Source of the DNA: a candidate division WOR-3 bacterium | GTDB lineage: Bacteria; Hydrothermota; Tepidihabitantia; SM23-42; CAYGYG01 | Direction: 5' to 3' | Assembly: GCA_965648915.1 (NCBI GenBank) | Contig: CBFGIV010000002.1 | Span: forward strand, 95,753-159,752 | DNA: 64,000 bases | Part shown: positions 8,973-19,973 of the stretch, piece after piece | Numbering within the stretch: position 1 is the first letter of the stretch | Layout of the letters: each line of letters begins with the position of its first letter | Position numbers and translations under genes: made by a program | The notes under the pieces: generated by a model | The model's input: only the letters and a program-made list of their open reading frames with translations | Databases searched by the model: none | What the model was told of the DNA's origin: nothing

Positions 8973-11900
8973 ATGAATTTAAATGAAGAGCGGCGATTAA
9001 TAACGATTCTTTTTGCTGATCTATCGGGGTTCACCACTCTTGCCCAGCATCTTGATCCTGAAGAGGTCAGTGAGGTAATAAATATCTGCTTCGGTCATTT
9101 AAATCCGATAATCACACACCATGGGGGCGTAATTCATAAGTATGAAGGTGACCTGGTTATCGCGCTATTTGGGTTACCGGTTACCCATGAAGACGATCCG
9201 GAACGTGCGGTCAGGGCGGCCATAGAGATGATGGCTTCTGTACCCGAGATAAATGCATCGCTCCTTAATAGGTTGAGTATCCGGAGTAGTGTCGATCTCC
9301 ATATCGGAATCAGCAGTGGAGTTGTTTTTGTGGGCGAAGTTGGCTCAAGGGAAAAACACGAATACACCGTAATGGGTGAAGTGGTAAATCTGGCTTCGCG
9401 TCTCAAAGATACAGCAAAAGCTGGCGAGATCCTTATTGCAGAGACAATCTATCGGTTAACCCATTATCTTATTGAAACTGTCCCCCTGCCGCCAGTTAAA
9501 CTTAAGGGCATCGAGGGCGAAGTAAGAATTTTCAAAGTCCTGGGTTTGAAATCCGAGCCGGAACCGGAACGTGGCATAAGAGGACTATCTTCACCACTGG
9601 TTGGTCGGGACCGAGAGTTCGCCCTGCTTAAAACTGCGGTTGAACGTCTGACCCAAGGAAAGGGTGGTATAATTTTCATCATCGGCGACCCCGGAATCGG
9701 GAAATCACGTCTTTTTGAGGAAATAAGGAATTTCATTATTACTGAGGAGATACCAATCACCATATTTGAAGGTCGTTGTCTTGCTTATGGTGAAAATCTT
9801 GCTTATCATCCGTTTTTGCCGGTTTTAAGAAAAATTACCGGTATTACTGAAAAAGACTCAGTCAGTGATATTCAGAATAAATTAATCAGATTTACCGCCG
9901 AACTCTTTCCGGATGATTATAAAAGTGTCGCGCCCTACATCGGTTATCTCTTTTCTATCCGTTATGGTGACGAACTGGATGAAAAGGTTAAGTATTTAGA
10001 CCCCAAGGGTTTAAGGTATCAGATCTTTTTGAGTATAAAGAGATTACTTTTTGCTCTGGCTCAGAGGCAACCACTCCTGTTGGTTATTGAAGATTATCAC
10101 TGGATCGATACTGAATCTTTAGAACTGCTTGAATTCATATATGAGCAATCAATTTCGGCGCCGATGCTGATGTTCGCTTTATCGCGCTTTGTCAAAGAAA
10201 AGATCCCAGGGATAGTAAAAGAGCGGCTCCGCAAAAAACTCAGCGAAAATTTTACCGAAATAATTTTAAGACCACTCGATCGAGATGCCGGGGCCCAACT
10301 TCTTTACAATCTATTAAATTTTCCGGACATCAGTCCGGACCTGAAAAACCAGATATTGATGAAGGCCGACGGTAATCCATACTTTGTCGAAGAAATAATT
10401 CGTTCTTTGATTGATACCAGTAAACTTAAATTCACATCCGGACGATGGAAGGCGATCGGAGACTTTACGACGATTACCATTCCCGACACGATTCAACTGT
10501 TACTTACATCACGAATTGACCAGCTGGATGATGATGTGAGAAACGTACTGCAACAGGCTTCAATAATTGGGAGAATTTTTGATGTCGAATTGTTAGAACT
10601 GGTAAATGGTGCAAATCATCTTATGCTCAGCCTTTATCTCGCAACCCTTGAGGAATTTGGATTTATAATGCGGGTACCGGGTGAGGGTGATCTGCGTTAC
10701 CAGTTTCGTCACCCTCTCTTGTATGAGGTGGTCTACAATAGCATTTTGAAAAAAAACCGACGATCGTTACATCGGAAGGTAGGTGAATTGATCGAAAATA
10801 TTCATAAAGAGCGACTGGATGATTGGGCGGAGGCGCTTGCCCATCAATATGGTCAGAGTGATAATTATGAAAGGGCAATGCACTGGCTGATGCGGGCAGG
10901 GTATAAAGCCAAGGGACGATATGCCAATGATGAGGCAATCAGTTTCTTCGAGAAACTGATTGCAATAACAACAACCGTAACCAAGGTTGAAAAAGAAGTC
11001 CGGAGGCGGTATCGGGTTCAGGCCTCAGAAGCGCTAGGGGAGTTATATTTCTTAACCGGTAGGTATGATCAGGCAATCAAAAATTTTGAAATGATGCGCG
11101 ACAATGCTCAGAGCGTTGGCGATCGAGCACGGGCCCAGCGACAGTTGGCTACGATTTATCAGAATCAAGGACAGTATGATTTTGCTTTACAGTTACTCGA
11201 TGAGATTGAAAAGTCGTTCACCGGTACGTCGCTATCTGAAATATTGGAACGAGTAGAAATTATGATTCTAAGAGGCTGGATATACTGGGTGCGGGGGATG
11301 CTGGAACCGGCGCGGGCCGAGTGTGAAGAAGCTATCAATCTTTTAGGTAAACTTAACCCCGAGGAGCAACTGGTGAAGGCGCTTAAAGCAACAGCAATGA
11401 GTCGACTCGGATTAATTGCTCAAACAAAAGGAGAATATGAGAAGGCAATTGCATATAATGAAGAGGATTTAAGACTCTCTCGAGAAATTGCCAATAAAAA
11501 AGGTATCAGCCGTGCCTGCTGTAATCTCGGTAGTATCTACAAAGAATTCGGTCAGTATGATCGGGCGATTGAGTATTATGATGAAGACTTAAGAATATCA
11601 GAAGAGATCGGTGATAAACAGGGGATGGGGATAACGGCAAATAATTTAGGCACGATCTATTTGATTAAAAAGGATTATGACCGGGCACAAGAACTTTTTC
11701 AAAAATACCTGATTATCTCTCAAGAGACTGGATATCTCCAGGGGATGGGCACGGCCAAGCTCAATCTCGGGTCGTTGGCCCTGCGGGTCTCCGAAATTGA
11801 AGATGCTGAGAAAAATTTGCTTGAAGCCGAAGCGATTCTTAAAGAAATCGGTTATCATAGTGTCTTGATTACGGTCTACATTTTACTGGCCGAACTCTAT

Positions 11901-12224
11901 CTGGTGCACCGAAAAGAGATGAAGAAGGCGTGGTCTTATCTCAATCGGGCCAGACAATTGAACCGGCAAGTGGATTCAAAATCACAGTGGGCAAAGATAT
12001 TTTTTGCTTATGGTAAGATGAATATGGAGCGAGGTGAGTGGTTAAAGGCGGGAAAGAACTTTGACCGAGCAGTGGAGAGATTTCTTGAACTTGGTGAGTT
12101 GAAGTATGCGGCCGAGGTTTATGAGAAATATGCCGAGTTATTCCGATTGACAGGAGATAGAGAGAGAAATAATTTATATTCCCAAAAGGCGAAAGATATC
12201 TACAAGAAGTTAGGAGTATCTTGA
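8973..12224 (+). CDS. Class III adenylate/guanylate cyclase - STAND-type AAA ATPase - TPR protein
   Basis: Cyclase motifs ILFADLSGFT, KYEGD and YTVMGEVVNLASRL. Walker A GDPGIGKS, Walker B LLVIED, GNPYF, C-terminal TPRs. Confidence 0.9.
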   Translation: MNLNEERRLITILFADLSGFTTLAQHLDPEEVSEVINICFGHLNPIITHHGGVIHKYEGDLVIALFGLPVTHEDDPERAVRAAIEMMASVPEINASLLNRLSIRSSVDLHIGISSGVVFVGEVGSREKHEYTVMGEVVNLASRLKDTAKAGEILIAETIYRLTHYLIETVPLPPVKLKGIEGEVRIFKVLGLKSEPEPERGIRGLSSPLVGRDREFALLKTAVERLTQGKGGIIFIIGDPGIGKSRLFEEIRNFIITEEIPITIFEGRCLAYGENLAYHPFLPVLRKITGITEKDSVSDIQNKLIRFTAELFPDDYKSVAPYIGYLFSIRYGDELDEKVKYLDPKGLRYQIFLSIKRLLFALAQRQPLLLVIEDYHWIDTESLELLEFIYEQSISAPMLMFALSRFVKEKIPGIVKERLRKKLSENFTEIILRPLDRDAGAQLLYNLLNFPDISPDLKNQILMKADGNPYFVEEIIRSLIDTSKLKFTSGRWKAIGDFTTITIPDTIQLLLTSRIDQLDDDVRNVLQQASIIGRIFDVELLELVNGANHLMLSLYLATLEEFGFIMRVPGEGDLRYQFRHPLLYEVVYNSILKKNRRSLHRKVGELIENIHKERLDDWAEALAHQYGQSDNYERAMHWLMRAGYKAKGRYANDEAISFFEKLIAITTTVTKVEKEVRRRYRVQASEALGELYFLTGRYDQAIKNFEMMRDNAQSVGDRARAQRQLATIYQNQGQYDFALQLLDEIEKSFTGTSLSEILERVEIMILRGWIYWVRGMLEPARAECEEAINLLGKLNPEEQLVKALKATAMSRLGLIAQTKGEYEKAIAYNEEDLRLSREIANKKGISRACCNLGSIYKEFGQYDRAIEYYDEDLRISEEIGDKQGMGITANNLGTIYLIKKDYDRAQELFQKYLIISQETGYLQGMGTAKLNLGSLALRVSEIEDAEKNLLEAEAILKEIGYHSVLITVYILLAELYLVHRKEMKKAWSYLNRARQLNRQVDSKSQWAKIFFAYGKMNMERGEWLKAGKNFDRAVERFLELGELKYAAEVYEKYAELFRLTGDRERNNLYSQKAKDIYKKLGVS

Positions 12225-12246
12225 GATAATCGGTCAAAAGGTTGTA

Positions 12247-12275
12247 TTGACAAAAATAAGAAGATCGATTATACT
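12247..12275 (+). promoter_or_regulatory. sigma70 promoter of rpsA
   Basis: TTGACA-17 nt-TATACT upstream of an AGGAGG Shine-Dalgarno. Confidence 0.75.
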
Positions 12276-12329
12276 TAATTCTTAAATTTTTACCCCGTCA
12301 AAGGGGAAAGGAGGCAAGAAAGAATAACC

Positions 12330-13979
12330 ATGAAGGACTTTTATGAATCTTCATTTCTCAACCTTAAGGAAGGAGAGATAATCACTGGTAAGATTGTAAA
12401 ACGTGTTGGTAATTCAGTTTTAGTTGATCTCGGATTGAAGTCCGAGGGATTTTTACCGGTTGATGAGTTCAAAAACTTAGAGGATATTGTTCCAGGTAAT
12501 GAAGTTGCGGTCTTTTTAGAACTACTGGAGAACAAAGAAGGTTTTCCAGTGATATCAAAGAAGAAAGCCGATTTCCTGCTTGCCTGGGAACAGATCAAGA
12601 AGATGTACGAAACGGGTGAAGCGGCTCAGGCCCAGATAAGAAAGCGGATCAAAGGAGGATTTTTAGTTGAGATTCTCGGGGTTGATGCTTTTCTTCCTGG
12701 TTCGCAGATCGATATCAAGACCCCGGCTGAGGAGGCTGAACTCCACAACAAAAAGATCGGCGTTAAGATTGTAAAACTTAACTGGTTAAGAAAGAACATT
12801 GTAGTTTCAAGACGGTTGGTGATTGAAGAGGAACAGGAGAAGGCCAAGAAAAAGATCTTTGATAAATATAAAGTTGGTGATATCATTGAGGGCGAAGTTA
12901 AGGGCATTACCGAGTTCGGTGCCTTTATCGATATCGGTGGCGTCGATGCCCTCCTTCATCTGGTAGATCTATCCTGGGGTAAAGTTACCCACCCCTCAGA
13001 GGTGTTGAAGATCGGTGATCGGATCCGGGTGAAGATTCTTAACTTAGACTTTGACAGCGGACGTATATCAGTTGGCTTAAAACAACTTACACCCCATCCC
13101 TGGGACGGTATCGAGGAGCGATATCCGATCGGAAGTAAGATCAAAGGTCGGGTCACGAGTGTCGTCGACTATGGTGCCTTTGTTGAACTGGAAAAGGGTG
13201 TCGAAGGGCTGGTTCATATCTCGGAGATGTCATGGACAAAATCGATCAAGCATCCCTCTCAGATTCTTGAGGAGGGTGATATGGTGGAAGCGGTTGTCCT
13301 TTCGATCGATCGCGATAATAAACGGATTTCCCTGGGTATCAAGCAGACCAAACCTGATCCCTGGTCAGTCCTTGATCAGAAGTATAAAATTGGTGATCGG
13401 GTCACAGTTAAAGTCAAAAAACTTAAGGAGTACGGAGCCTTTGTTGAACTCGAGGAAGGTATTGAAGGACTGATTCACCTCTCGGACTTCTCATGGACAA
13501 AAAAGATCAAACAACCTAAAGAAGTGCTAAAACGGGGGCAGAAGGTGGAAGCGGTTGTCGTCAAACTTGATCGGGAAAATCGTCGTATCGCCCTGAGTTT
13601 AAAACATACCAAGGAAGATCCATTTGAAAAATTCGTTGGGCAGTATGAGGAAGGTAAAACAATCAAAGTTAAGGTAGTCGACATACTCAATCAGGGTATT
13701 GGTGTTCAACTTGATTTTGGTATCGAAGAATTTATCCCGGTTGCCAAACTTAATATACCAAAAGGCAAAAAGGTCAAGGATGTTTACAGCCTGGGGACTG
13801 AGTTAGAAGTTGTTATCGATAAGATAAATCAGAAGACAAGGAGGATCAGTCTAACTGAGAAAGGTTTAAAGGAAACAACCGAGGCCGTCGAAGCAGCCGG
13901 GATTGAGTTGCCCAAAGAGGAAAAGGCTTACTTTGGAGATTTTATCAAAGAAGAGAAAGAAAAAGAAAAACAGAAGTGA
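12330..13979 (+). CDS. rpsA: 30S ribosomal protein S1
   Basis: Six S1 repeats (DLGLKSEG, AFLPGSQID, FGAFIDIGG, YGAFVELE..GLVHISE). Confidence 0.97.
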   Translation: MKDFYESSFLNLKEGEIITGKIVKRVGNSVLVDLGLKSEGFLPVDEFKNLEDIVPGNEVAVFLELLENKEGFPVISKKKADFLLAWEQIKKMYETGEAAQAQIRKRIKGGFLVEILGVDAFLPGSQIDIKTPAEEAELHNKKIGVKIVKLNWLRKNIVVSRRLVIEEEQEKAKKKIFDKYKVGDIIEGEVKGITEFGAFIDIGGVDALLHLVDLSWGKVTHPSEVLKIGDRIRVKILNLDFDSGRISVGLKQLTPHPWDGIEERYPIGSKIKGRVTSVVDYGAFVELEKGVEGLVHISEMSWTKSIKHPSQILEEGDMVEAVVLSIDRDNKRISLGIKQTKPDPWSVLDQKYKIGDRVTVKVKKLKEYGAFVELEEGIEGLIHLSDFSWTKKIKQPKEVLKRGQKVEAVVVKLDRENRRIALSLKHTKEDPFEKFVGQYEEGKTIKVKVVDILNQGIGVQLDFGIEEFIPVAKLNIPKGKKVKDVYSLGTELEVVIDKINQKTRRISLTEKGLKETTEAVEAAGIELPKEEKAYFGDFIKEEKEKEKQK

Positions 13980-15172
13980 CACGGCTGGTCAATCTTGGTT
14001 GTAAACTTAATCAATATGAAGGTCACTGCCTTTTAACCATCTGTCAAGATGGTAATATCGTTAAGGATCAATTCTTAAATAAAGATGATCCAGCCCCGAA
14101 GAAAATTGTCATTGTTAATACCTGTGTTGTAACAAAAGAAGCCGAGCGCAAATCCCTTAAACGAATTCGACAGGCGGTTCGACAGCAACCCAAACCGTTC
14201 ATTATCGTTACTGGCTGTCTGGCAGAAAAATGGGAATCAGGTTTTGAGGGTGTTGATTTAATTTTGAAGAGTAAAGATCGTCACCCCCTAATGGAAAAAG
14301 TCTTCCCTCAACCCAGACAGACCCGCTACTTTCTTAAAATTCAAGATGGCTGCGATTCAGGATGCAGTTATTGTATCGTTCCCCTGGTGCGAGGTAGGCA
14401 TACAAGCATCGCTCAGGATAGAATCATAAGTGAAATTGAGTACGCCCGGGATCGGGGTTATCCGGAAATTGTTTTAACCGGTGTGAACCTAGGTTACTAT
14501 GGTAAGGAGTTTGACGGTTCGCTGGTCGACCTTTTACGGAGGATCGGCCGTATTCCTTCGTTACCGCGTCTCCGTCTCTCTTCCTTAGAACCCCAGTTTC
14601 TCATCCCGGAGATATTCGCCCTCTTCAATGATTTACCACTCTGCAAGCACCTCCACCTGCCGGTGCAGAGTGGCGATCCTGATGTTCTTCAATCGATGCA
14701 TCGATTTTATGATATTAACAAGCTTCGAAAGATGATGGATCTGATCCAGACGCGTTTCCCTCAGTTCGCTTTTGGGGCTGATTTCATAACTGGTTTTCCA
14801 ACTGAAGATAGACAATCTTTTGAAAAGACATTTGAGTTTATTAGAACTGCACCCTTCAGTTACCTCCATATCTTTCCTTATTCACCCCGTCCTGGGACCA
14901 GGGCATTTCCGCTGGGTGATCCTGTGAAACCTGAAGAAAAGCATTCACGGGTAAAACTTCTCCGTGCCCTGGGCAGGGAAAAGTCTTATGATTTTAGAAA
15001 GAGATTTATCAATCAGAAATTTATGATTACGGTCGAGCGCAGGAATGGTAAAACCTCTGGTCTTACTGAGAATTATATTAGAATGATTATTCCGGCAAAG
15101 CCCTATGAAAATCTTATTGAGGCACAGATCGTGAAAGTTGAGTTTGACTATACACTGGGTAAGATCGTATGA
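13976..15172 (+). CDS. mtaB: MtaB-like tRNA methylthiotransferase (radical SAM)
   Basis: LGCKLNQYE, NTCVVT, LKIQDGCDSGCSYC and HIFPYSPRPGT motifs. Confidence 0.8.
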   Translation: MTRLVNLGCKLNQYEGHCLLTICQDGNIVKDQFLNKDDPAPKKIVIVNTCVVTKEAERKSLKRIRQAVRQQPKPFIIVTGCLAEKWESGFEGVDLILKSKDRHPLMEKVFPQPRQTRYFLKIQDGCDSGCSYCIVPLVRGRHTSIAQDRIISEIEYARDRGYPEIVLTGVNLGYYGKEFDGSLVDLLRRIGRIPSLPRLRLSSLEPQFLIPEIFALFNDLPLCKHLHLPVQSGDPDVLQSMHRFYDINKLRKMMDLIQTRFPQFAFGADFITGFPTEDRQSFEKTFEFIRTAPFSYLHIFPYSPRPGTRAFPLGDPVKPEEKHSRVKLLRALGREKSYDFRKRFINQKFMITVERRNGKTSGLTENYIRMIIPAKPYENLIEAQIVKVEFDYTLGKIV

Positions 15173-16464
15173 AGTATTTTTTCAAGACCTATGGCTGCCA
15201 GATGAATCAGAATGATTCAGTATTGATCGAAAGCCTGATGGCGACGAGGGGATATGGACAGGCGGAGAATATTGATCAGGCAGATCTGTTGATCGTTAAT
15301 ACCTGTTCGGTCCGGGCCCACGCCGAAGCTCGGGCCGGTGGATTTATTGCCTCGCTGGCAAGATGGAAGAGAGCACGCTCGGATCGGGTGCTCTGTATCT
15401 GCGGCTGTATGGCGCAGCGCTATGGGGTTAAACTTTTAGAAAGGTATCCCTGGATCGATATCCTTATTGGTCCGGATCGTTATCGGAAAATTTATGATTA
15501 CCTTGAGGAGGTTCGGACAAAGAGGAGTAAAGTTTGTGATCTGAGTCTGACCGGTGAAACTTACTGCGGCATAAAACCTTTCAAGACCGGAACGATCAGC
15601 AGTTATGTTTCAATTATGCGTGGTTGTGACAATTACTGTTCATTCTGTATCATTCCGTATCTCAGAGGCAGGGCGAGATCCAGACCAACGGATGATATTA
15701 TCGATGAAATTAAGTCCCTGATTGATCAGGGGGTTAAGGAGATCACATTACTCGGTCAGAATGTTAATGCCTATAAGTTTAACAAAGTCCATTTTGCTGA
15801 CCTGTTAGAGATGATAAATCAGATCAAAGGGCTTTTAAGAATAAGATTTATGACGTCTCATCCGGCTGATATGTCTGAAGAGATCCTGAGGGCAGTGGCC
15901 GGTCTTGATAAGGTTTGCGAATATATCCATCTTCCGTTTCAATCTGGTTCTGATCGCATCCTCGGTTTGATGAATCGAAAATATTCAAGCGCGCAATATA
16001 AAGAGATCGTGAATATAGCCCGGAATCTTATCCCCGGACTGGCCCTATCGACCGATGTAATTGTCGGTTTTCCGACTGAAGCCGAAGATGATTATCAGGC
16101 GACCTATCGCCTGATGTCCGAGATCGAATTTGATTTTGCGTATATGTTTAAGTATTCACCCCATAAAGAAACCGGTGCATTTCGTCTTGAACCAAAGGTT
16201 GATCCGGCAGTTGCTCAACGCCGTCTGGATGAAATAATAAGACTGCAGAATAGAATTACCCGACAGAAGAATGCAGGTTTGATCGGCCAGAAGGTTGAGG
16301 TCCTGATCGAGGGGAATAGTTATGATAAAAAACTTATGGGCAAGACCCGGGATAACAGGATGGTGATCTTTGAAGGCAAAGGCAATATCGGCGATCTGGT
16401 TTGGGTTCAGATTGAAAAACTTAACGGCTGGACACCGGTCGGTTTTGTTGTAATAACTGCTTGA
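15169..16464 (+). CDS. miaB: tRNA-i6A37 methylthiotransferase
   Basis: TYGCQMN, NTCSVR, GCDNYCSFC, LLGQNVNAY, RFMTSHP and a TRAM domain. Confidence 0.93.
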   Translation: MKYFFKTYGCQMNQNDSVLIESLMATRGYGQAENIDQADLLIVNTCSVRAHAEARAGGFIASLARWKRARSDRVLCICGCMAQRYGVKLLERYPWIDILIGPDRYRKIYDYLEEVRTKRSKVCDLSLTGETYCGIKPFKTGTISSYVSIMRGCDNYCSFCIIPYLRGRARSRPTDDIIDEIKSLIDQGVKEITLLGQNVNAYKFNKVHFADLLEMINQIKGLLRIRFMTSHPADMSEEILRAVAGLDKVCEYIHLPFQSGSDRILGLMNRKYSSAQYKEIVNIARNLIPGLALSTDVIVGFPTEAEDDYQATYRLMSEIEFDFAYMFKYSPHKETGAFRLEPKVDPAVAQRRLDEIIRLQNRITRQKNAGLIGQKVEVLIEGNSYDKKLMGKTRDNRMVIFEGKGNIGDLVWVQIEKLNGWTPVGFVVITA

Positions 16465-16477
16465 GAGAGGAGGTTCG

Positions 16478-17359
16478 ATGTTTACTGGTTGTTATGTTGC
16501 CTTGGTCACACCATTTAAGAAAGATGGCGTGCTTGATGAAAGTGGACTGAGAAAGAACATTAAATTTTTGCTCAGGAATAAAGTGGATGGACTTGTGCCC
16601 TGCGCTACTACGGGCGAGGCCCCCAGTCTGAATGAGGATGAATACGAAAGGATTATCAGTATCACCGTGGAAGAGGCTAAAGGTAAGGTGAAGATTGTCC
16701 CCGGAGCAGGGACAAATTCAACCCACAAGACAATTGCCCTTATGGAAAGGGCGAAGGAATTAGGTGCGGATGGTTGTCTGGTGGTTACCCCGTATTACAA
16801 TAAACCAGGCCAGGAGGGGCTGTATGCTCATTTTCGCGCCATCACCGAAGCGGTGGATATTCCGGTTATAATTTATAATGTCCCGGGAAGGACCGGCGTC
16901 AATATACTTCCCAAGACAATCCGTCGATTAGCTACCGACTGTGAGAAGATTGTCGGAGTAAAAGAAGCAAGCGGTAGCCTTGATCAGGCTTCGGAGATTC
17001 GACGAAGTTGTGGACCGGACTTCGACCTTTTATCCGGTGATGATTCACTTACCCTGCCGATGATGGCGATCGGTGCTCAGGGTGTAATCTCGGTAATCGC
17101 CAATATTGCTCCCAGAGAGATTACCCAGATGGTAAATTATTATTTGAAAGGAAATGAGGATAAGGCCCGGGCAATACATCTCCGGCTTTTCTCTTTAATG
17201 AAGTTACTATTTATCGAAACCAATCCGGTTCCGATAAAGAAGGCGATGGAATTTATGAAGATGCCCGCGGGTAAACCCCGTCTTCCCCTGGTGGAGATGA
17301 GTAAGGATAATGCCGAATTGCTCAAGAAGGAGCTGACCCGGTTAGGCTGGATTGAGTAG
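16478..17359 (+). CDS. dapA: 4-hydroxy-tetrahydrodipicolinate synthase
   Basis: ALVTPF, TTGE, PYYNKP, YNVPGRT, GVKEASG and ETNPVPIK motifs. Confidence 0.95.
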   Translation: MFTGCYVALVTPFKKDGVLDESGLRKNIKFLLRNKVDGLVPCATTGEAPSLNEDEYERIISITVEEAKGKVKIVPGAGTNSTHKTIALMERAKELGADGCLVVTPYYNKPGQEGLYAHFRAITEAVDIPVIIYNVPGRTGVNILPKTIRRLATDCEKIVGVKEASGSLDQASEIRRSCGPDFDLLSGDDSLTLPMMAIGAQGVISVIANIAPREITQMVNYYLKGNEDKARAIHLRLFSLMKLLFIETNPVPIKKAMEFMKMPAGKPRLPLVEMSKDNAELLKKELTRLGWIE

Positions 17360-17454
17360 TGTTCTAATTTTTCCTTGTCATTTTACTCTATTTATCTATA
17401 ATAGTTGAAAGTGCATTATATAAAGATTGTCGTATAATGTGAAAGGAGTGTTAG

Positions 17455-19947
17455 ATGAAGCTGAAGCGACCGATCAGAGAACTCTCCTATAAAAAGTTGC
17501 GGTGGCGTTGTGACCCGCAGAGTTTAAAATTTGAAACAACCCGTGATCTTGATGTAACACGGGAGATAATCGGTCAGGAACGGGCAATCAATGCTATAAA
17601 ACTTGGTCTTGAGGTCGAGCACGAAGGTTATAACATATTTGTCACGGGTATGGTGGGCACGGGGCGCACCACGACAATTGGTGAACTCCTGAAGGAACTG
17701 GAAAAGAAAGAAGGTAGACCCGGTGATATCTGTTATGTGAACAATTTTAAGAATCCCGATATGCCCAAAGCAATTTTTCTAAAGGCGGGTGAGGGAGTAA
17801 GATTTAAACGTGATATGGATGGTCTGGTGGAAAATTTAAAAAAGAGGATACCGGCGGTTTTTGAAAGTGAGTATTATATTAATCGGCGGAAATCGATCAT
17901 TGAACAGTTCGAAGAGAAATCAAAGGTGAAATTTAAAGAGTTTGAAAAAAAGGTTCAGCAGGAAGGTTTCGCCATAATTCGCACACAATTAGGAATTTAT
18001 GTAAAATCGGATCTGGTTCCGGTTTTTGAAAATAACCCGGTCTCCCTCGATCAGCTCGAACAGTTGATGGAACAGGGTAAACTGACAAAAGAGAAGTTTG
18101 AAGAGATTAAAAAAAGGCAGAATGAACTGGAAGAGGAGTTGAGGGCAATTTTTAAAGAGGCAAAGAACATCGAGCGAGAGATTAACGAGGCCTTGAAGCA
18201 ATTGAATAATCAGGTCATCACTCCGATTATTGATGATTTAATTGGTGATATTAAAATAAAGTATAATATCCCGAAGGTGAATGCTTATCTCGATGAAGTT
18301 GCTCAGGAAGTAATTGGCAATCTTGAGCGATTTATTGAGAAAGAAGAACCGCCCGCACCATTTCCAATACCGAAGGTTGAAGATAAATTTGTTGATTTTC
18401 AGGTAAATGTTCTGGTTGATAATTCCGAAACCAAAGGACCACCTATAATTACCGAGACTTCGCCCAACTATCGGAATCTCTTTGGGACGATCGAAAGAGT
18501 TGTTGACCGGATGGGTGGGATCAGAACCGATTTTACCAAAATTAAGGCTGGTTCACTCCTGCGGGCCAATAATGGTTTTCTTATCCTCAATGCCTTAGAC
18601 GTTCTGATGGAACCCGGTCTCTGGCAGGCACTGAAAAGGACCCTGCGCAATGGTGTTATCGATATTCAGACTTACGATCCGTTCTATATCTTTGGCACGA
18701 CTGCCCTCAAACCCGAGCCGATCCCCTGCACTGCCAAGGTTGTTATGATTGGTAATGCCTATCTCTATTCCATCCTTTATCATTATGATGAAGACTTTAA
18801 GAAGATATTTAAAGTCAAAGCCGATTTTGATAATGTTATGCCCAACACTCCTAAGACCCGGAACCAATACGGAGACTTTATATGTTTTATCTGCAAAGAA
18901 GAGGGTCTTTTACATTTCGACCGAACTGCGGTTGCCGAGGTTATCGAATATGGTGCACGTATTGCCGGTCGTAAGAATAAATTGACCACCCGGTTTCATA
19001 TTATTGCCGATATCTTAAGGGAGGCAAGTTACTGGGCGAAAAAAGATAATGCCCGATTTGTCTCAAGTAAATATGTGGAAAAAGCGATTGAGGAATGGGT
19101 GGAACGGGTCAGCCTGGTTGAGGATAAAATCTCCGAGATGATAAAAGAAGGGACGATAATGATTGATACCAGGGGCAGGGAGATTGGACAGGTCAATGGG
19201 CTGTCGGTCTACACAACCGGGGAGTATTCCTTTGGTAAACCTACCCGGATAACCGCCAAGACCTCAATGGGCAGGGCAGGAATTATCAATATAGAACGGG
19301 AAGCCGATTTAAGCGGTCCCATTCATAATAAAGGCGTTCTGATTCTATCTGGGTATCTGCGCTGGAAATACGGACAGAATAAGCCACTGGTAATGACCGC
19401 CAGCCTCTGTTTCGAACAATCCTATGGTGAAGTGGAGGGTGACAGTGCATCATCGACCGAGGTCTACGCAATACTCTCGAGTCTGGCGAATGTCCCATTA
19501 CGTCAGGATATTGCGGTAACCGGTTCGGTAAACCAGAAAGGGGAGATTCAACCAATTGGTGGCGTGAATCAGAAGATCGAAGGTTTTTTTGATGTCTGTA
19601 AAGCAGCCGGGTTGACCGGCAAGCAGGGGGTAATGATCCCCTACCTCAATATTCCTGATCTGATGTTGAAAAAGGATGTGGTTGACGCGGTACGCCAAGG
19701 GAAGTTTCATATCTACCCGGTAAAGACGATCGATGAAGGGATTGAAATCCTTACCGGGATGAAAGCAGGAAAAAGGCTGAAAAATGGTCAGTTTGAGAAG
19801 GATTCGATTAATTATCTGGTTGATAAAAGGTTACGAGAACTGGCTGAGAACTGGCAAAAGTTTAGCGGTGAGGAAGAGAAGGAACCCGAAAGCAAGAAGT
19901 TAACAAAAGTTAGAAGAGATCCGAATAAAAGATCGGTAAGCAGATAG
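17455..19947 (+). CDS. Lon-like protease of the LonC type (AAA-like domain with coiled-coil insert, Lon protease domain)
   Basis: IIGQERA, GMVGTGRTT, long coiled coil, GQVNGL, catalytic GDSAS and GVNQKIEGF. Confidence 0.88.
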   Translation: MKLKRPIRELSYKKLRWRCDPQSLKFETTRDLDVTREIIGQERAINAIKLGLEVEHEGYNIFVTGMVGTGRTTTIGELLKELEKKEGRPGDICYVNNFKNPDMPKAIFLKAGEGVRFKRDMDGLVENLKKRIPAVFESEYYINRRKSIIEQFEEKSKVKFKEFEKKVQQEGFAIIRTQLGIYVKSDLVPVFENNPVSLDQLEQLMEQGKLTKEKFEEIKKRQNELEEELRAIFKEAKNIEREINEALKQLNNQVITPIIDDLIGDIKIKYNIPKVNAYLDEVAQEVIGNLERFIEKEEPPAPFPIPKVEDKFVDFQVNVLVDNSETKGPPIITETSPNYRNLFGTIERVVDRMGGIRTDFTKIKAGSLLRANNGFLILNALDVLMEPGLWQALKRTLRNGVIDIQTYDPFYIFGTTALKPEPIPCTAKVVMIGNAYLYSILYHYDEDFKKIFKVKADFDNVMPNTPKTRNQYGDFICFICKEEGLLHFDRTAVAEVIEYGARIAGRKNKLTTRFHIIADILREASYWAKKDNARFVSSKYVEKAIEEWVERVSLVEDKISEMIKEGTIMIDTRGREIGQVNGLSVYTTGEYSFGKPTRITAKTSMGRAGIINIEREADLSGPIHNKGVLILSGYLRWKYGQNKPLVMTASLCFEQSYGEVEGDSASSTEVYAILSSLANVPLRQDIAVTGSVNQKGEIQPIGGVNQKIEGFFDVCKAAGLTGKQGVMIPYLNIPDLMLKKDVVDAVRQGKFHIYPVKTIDEGIEILTGMKAGKRLKNGQFEKDSINYLVDKRLRELAENWQKFSGEEEKEPESKKLTKVRRDPNKRSVSR

Positions 19948-19973
19948 AAAGGAAAAAGCCAAGGAGATGTTGG

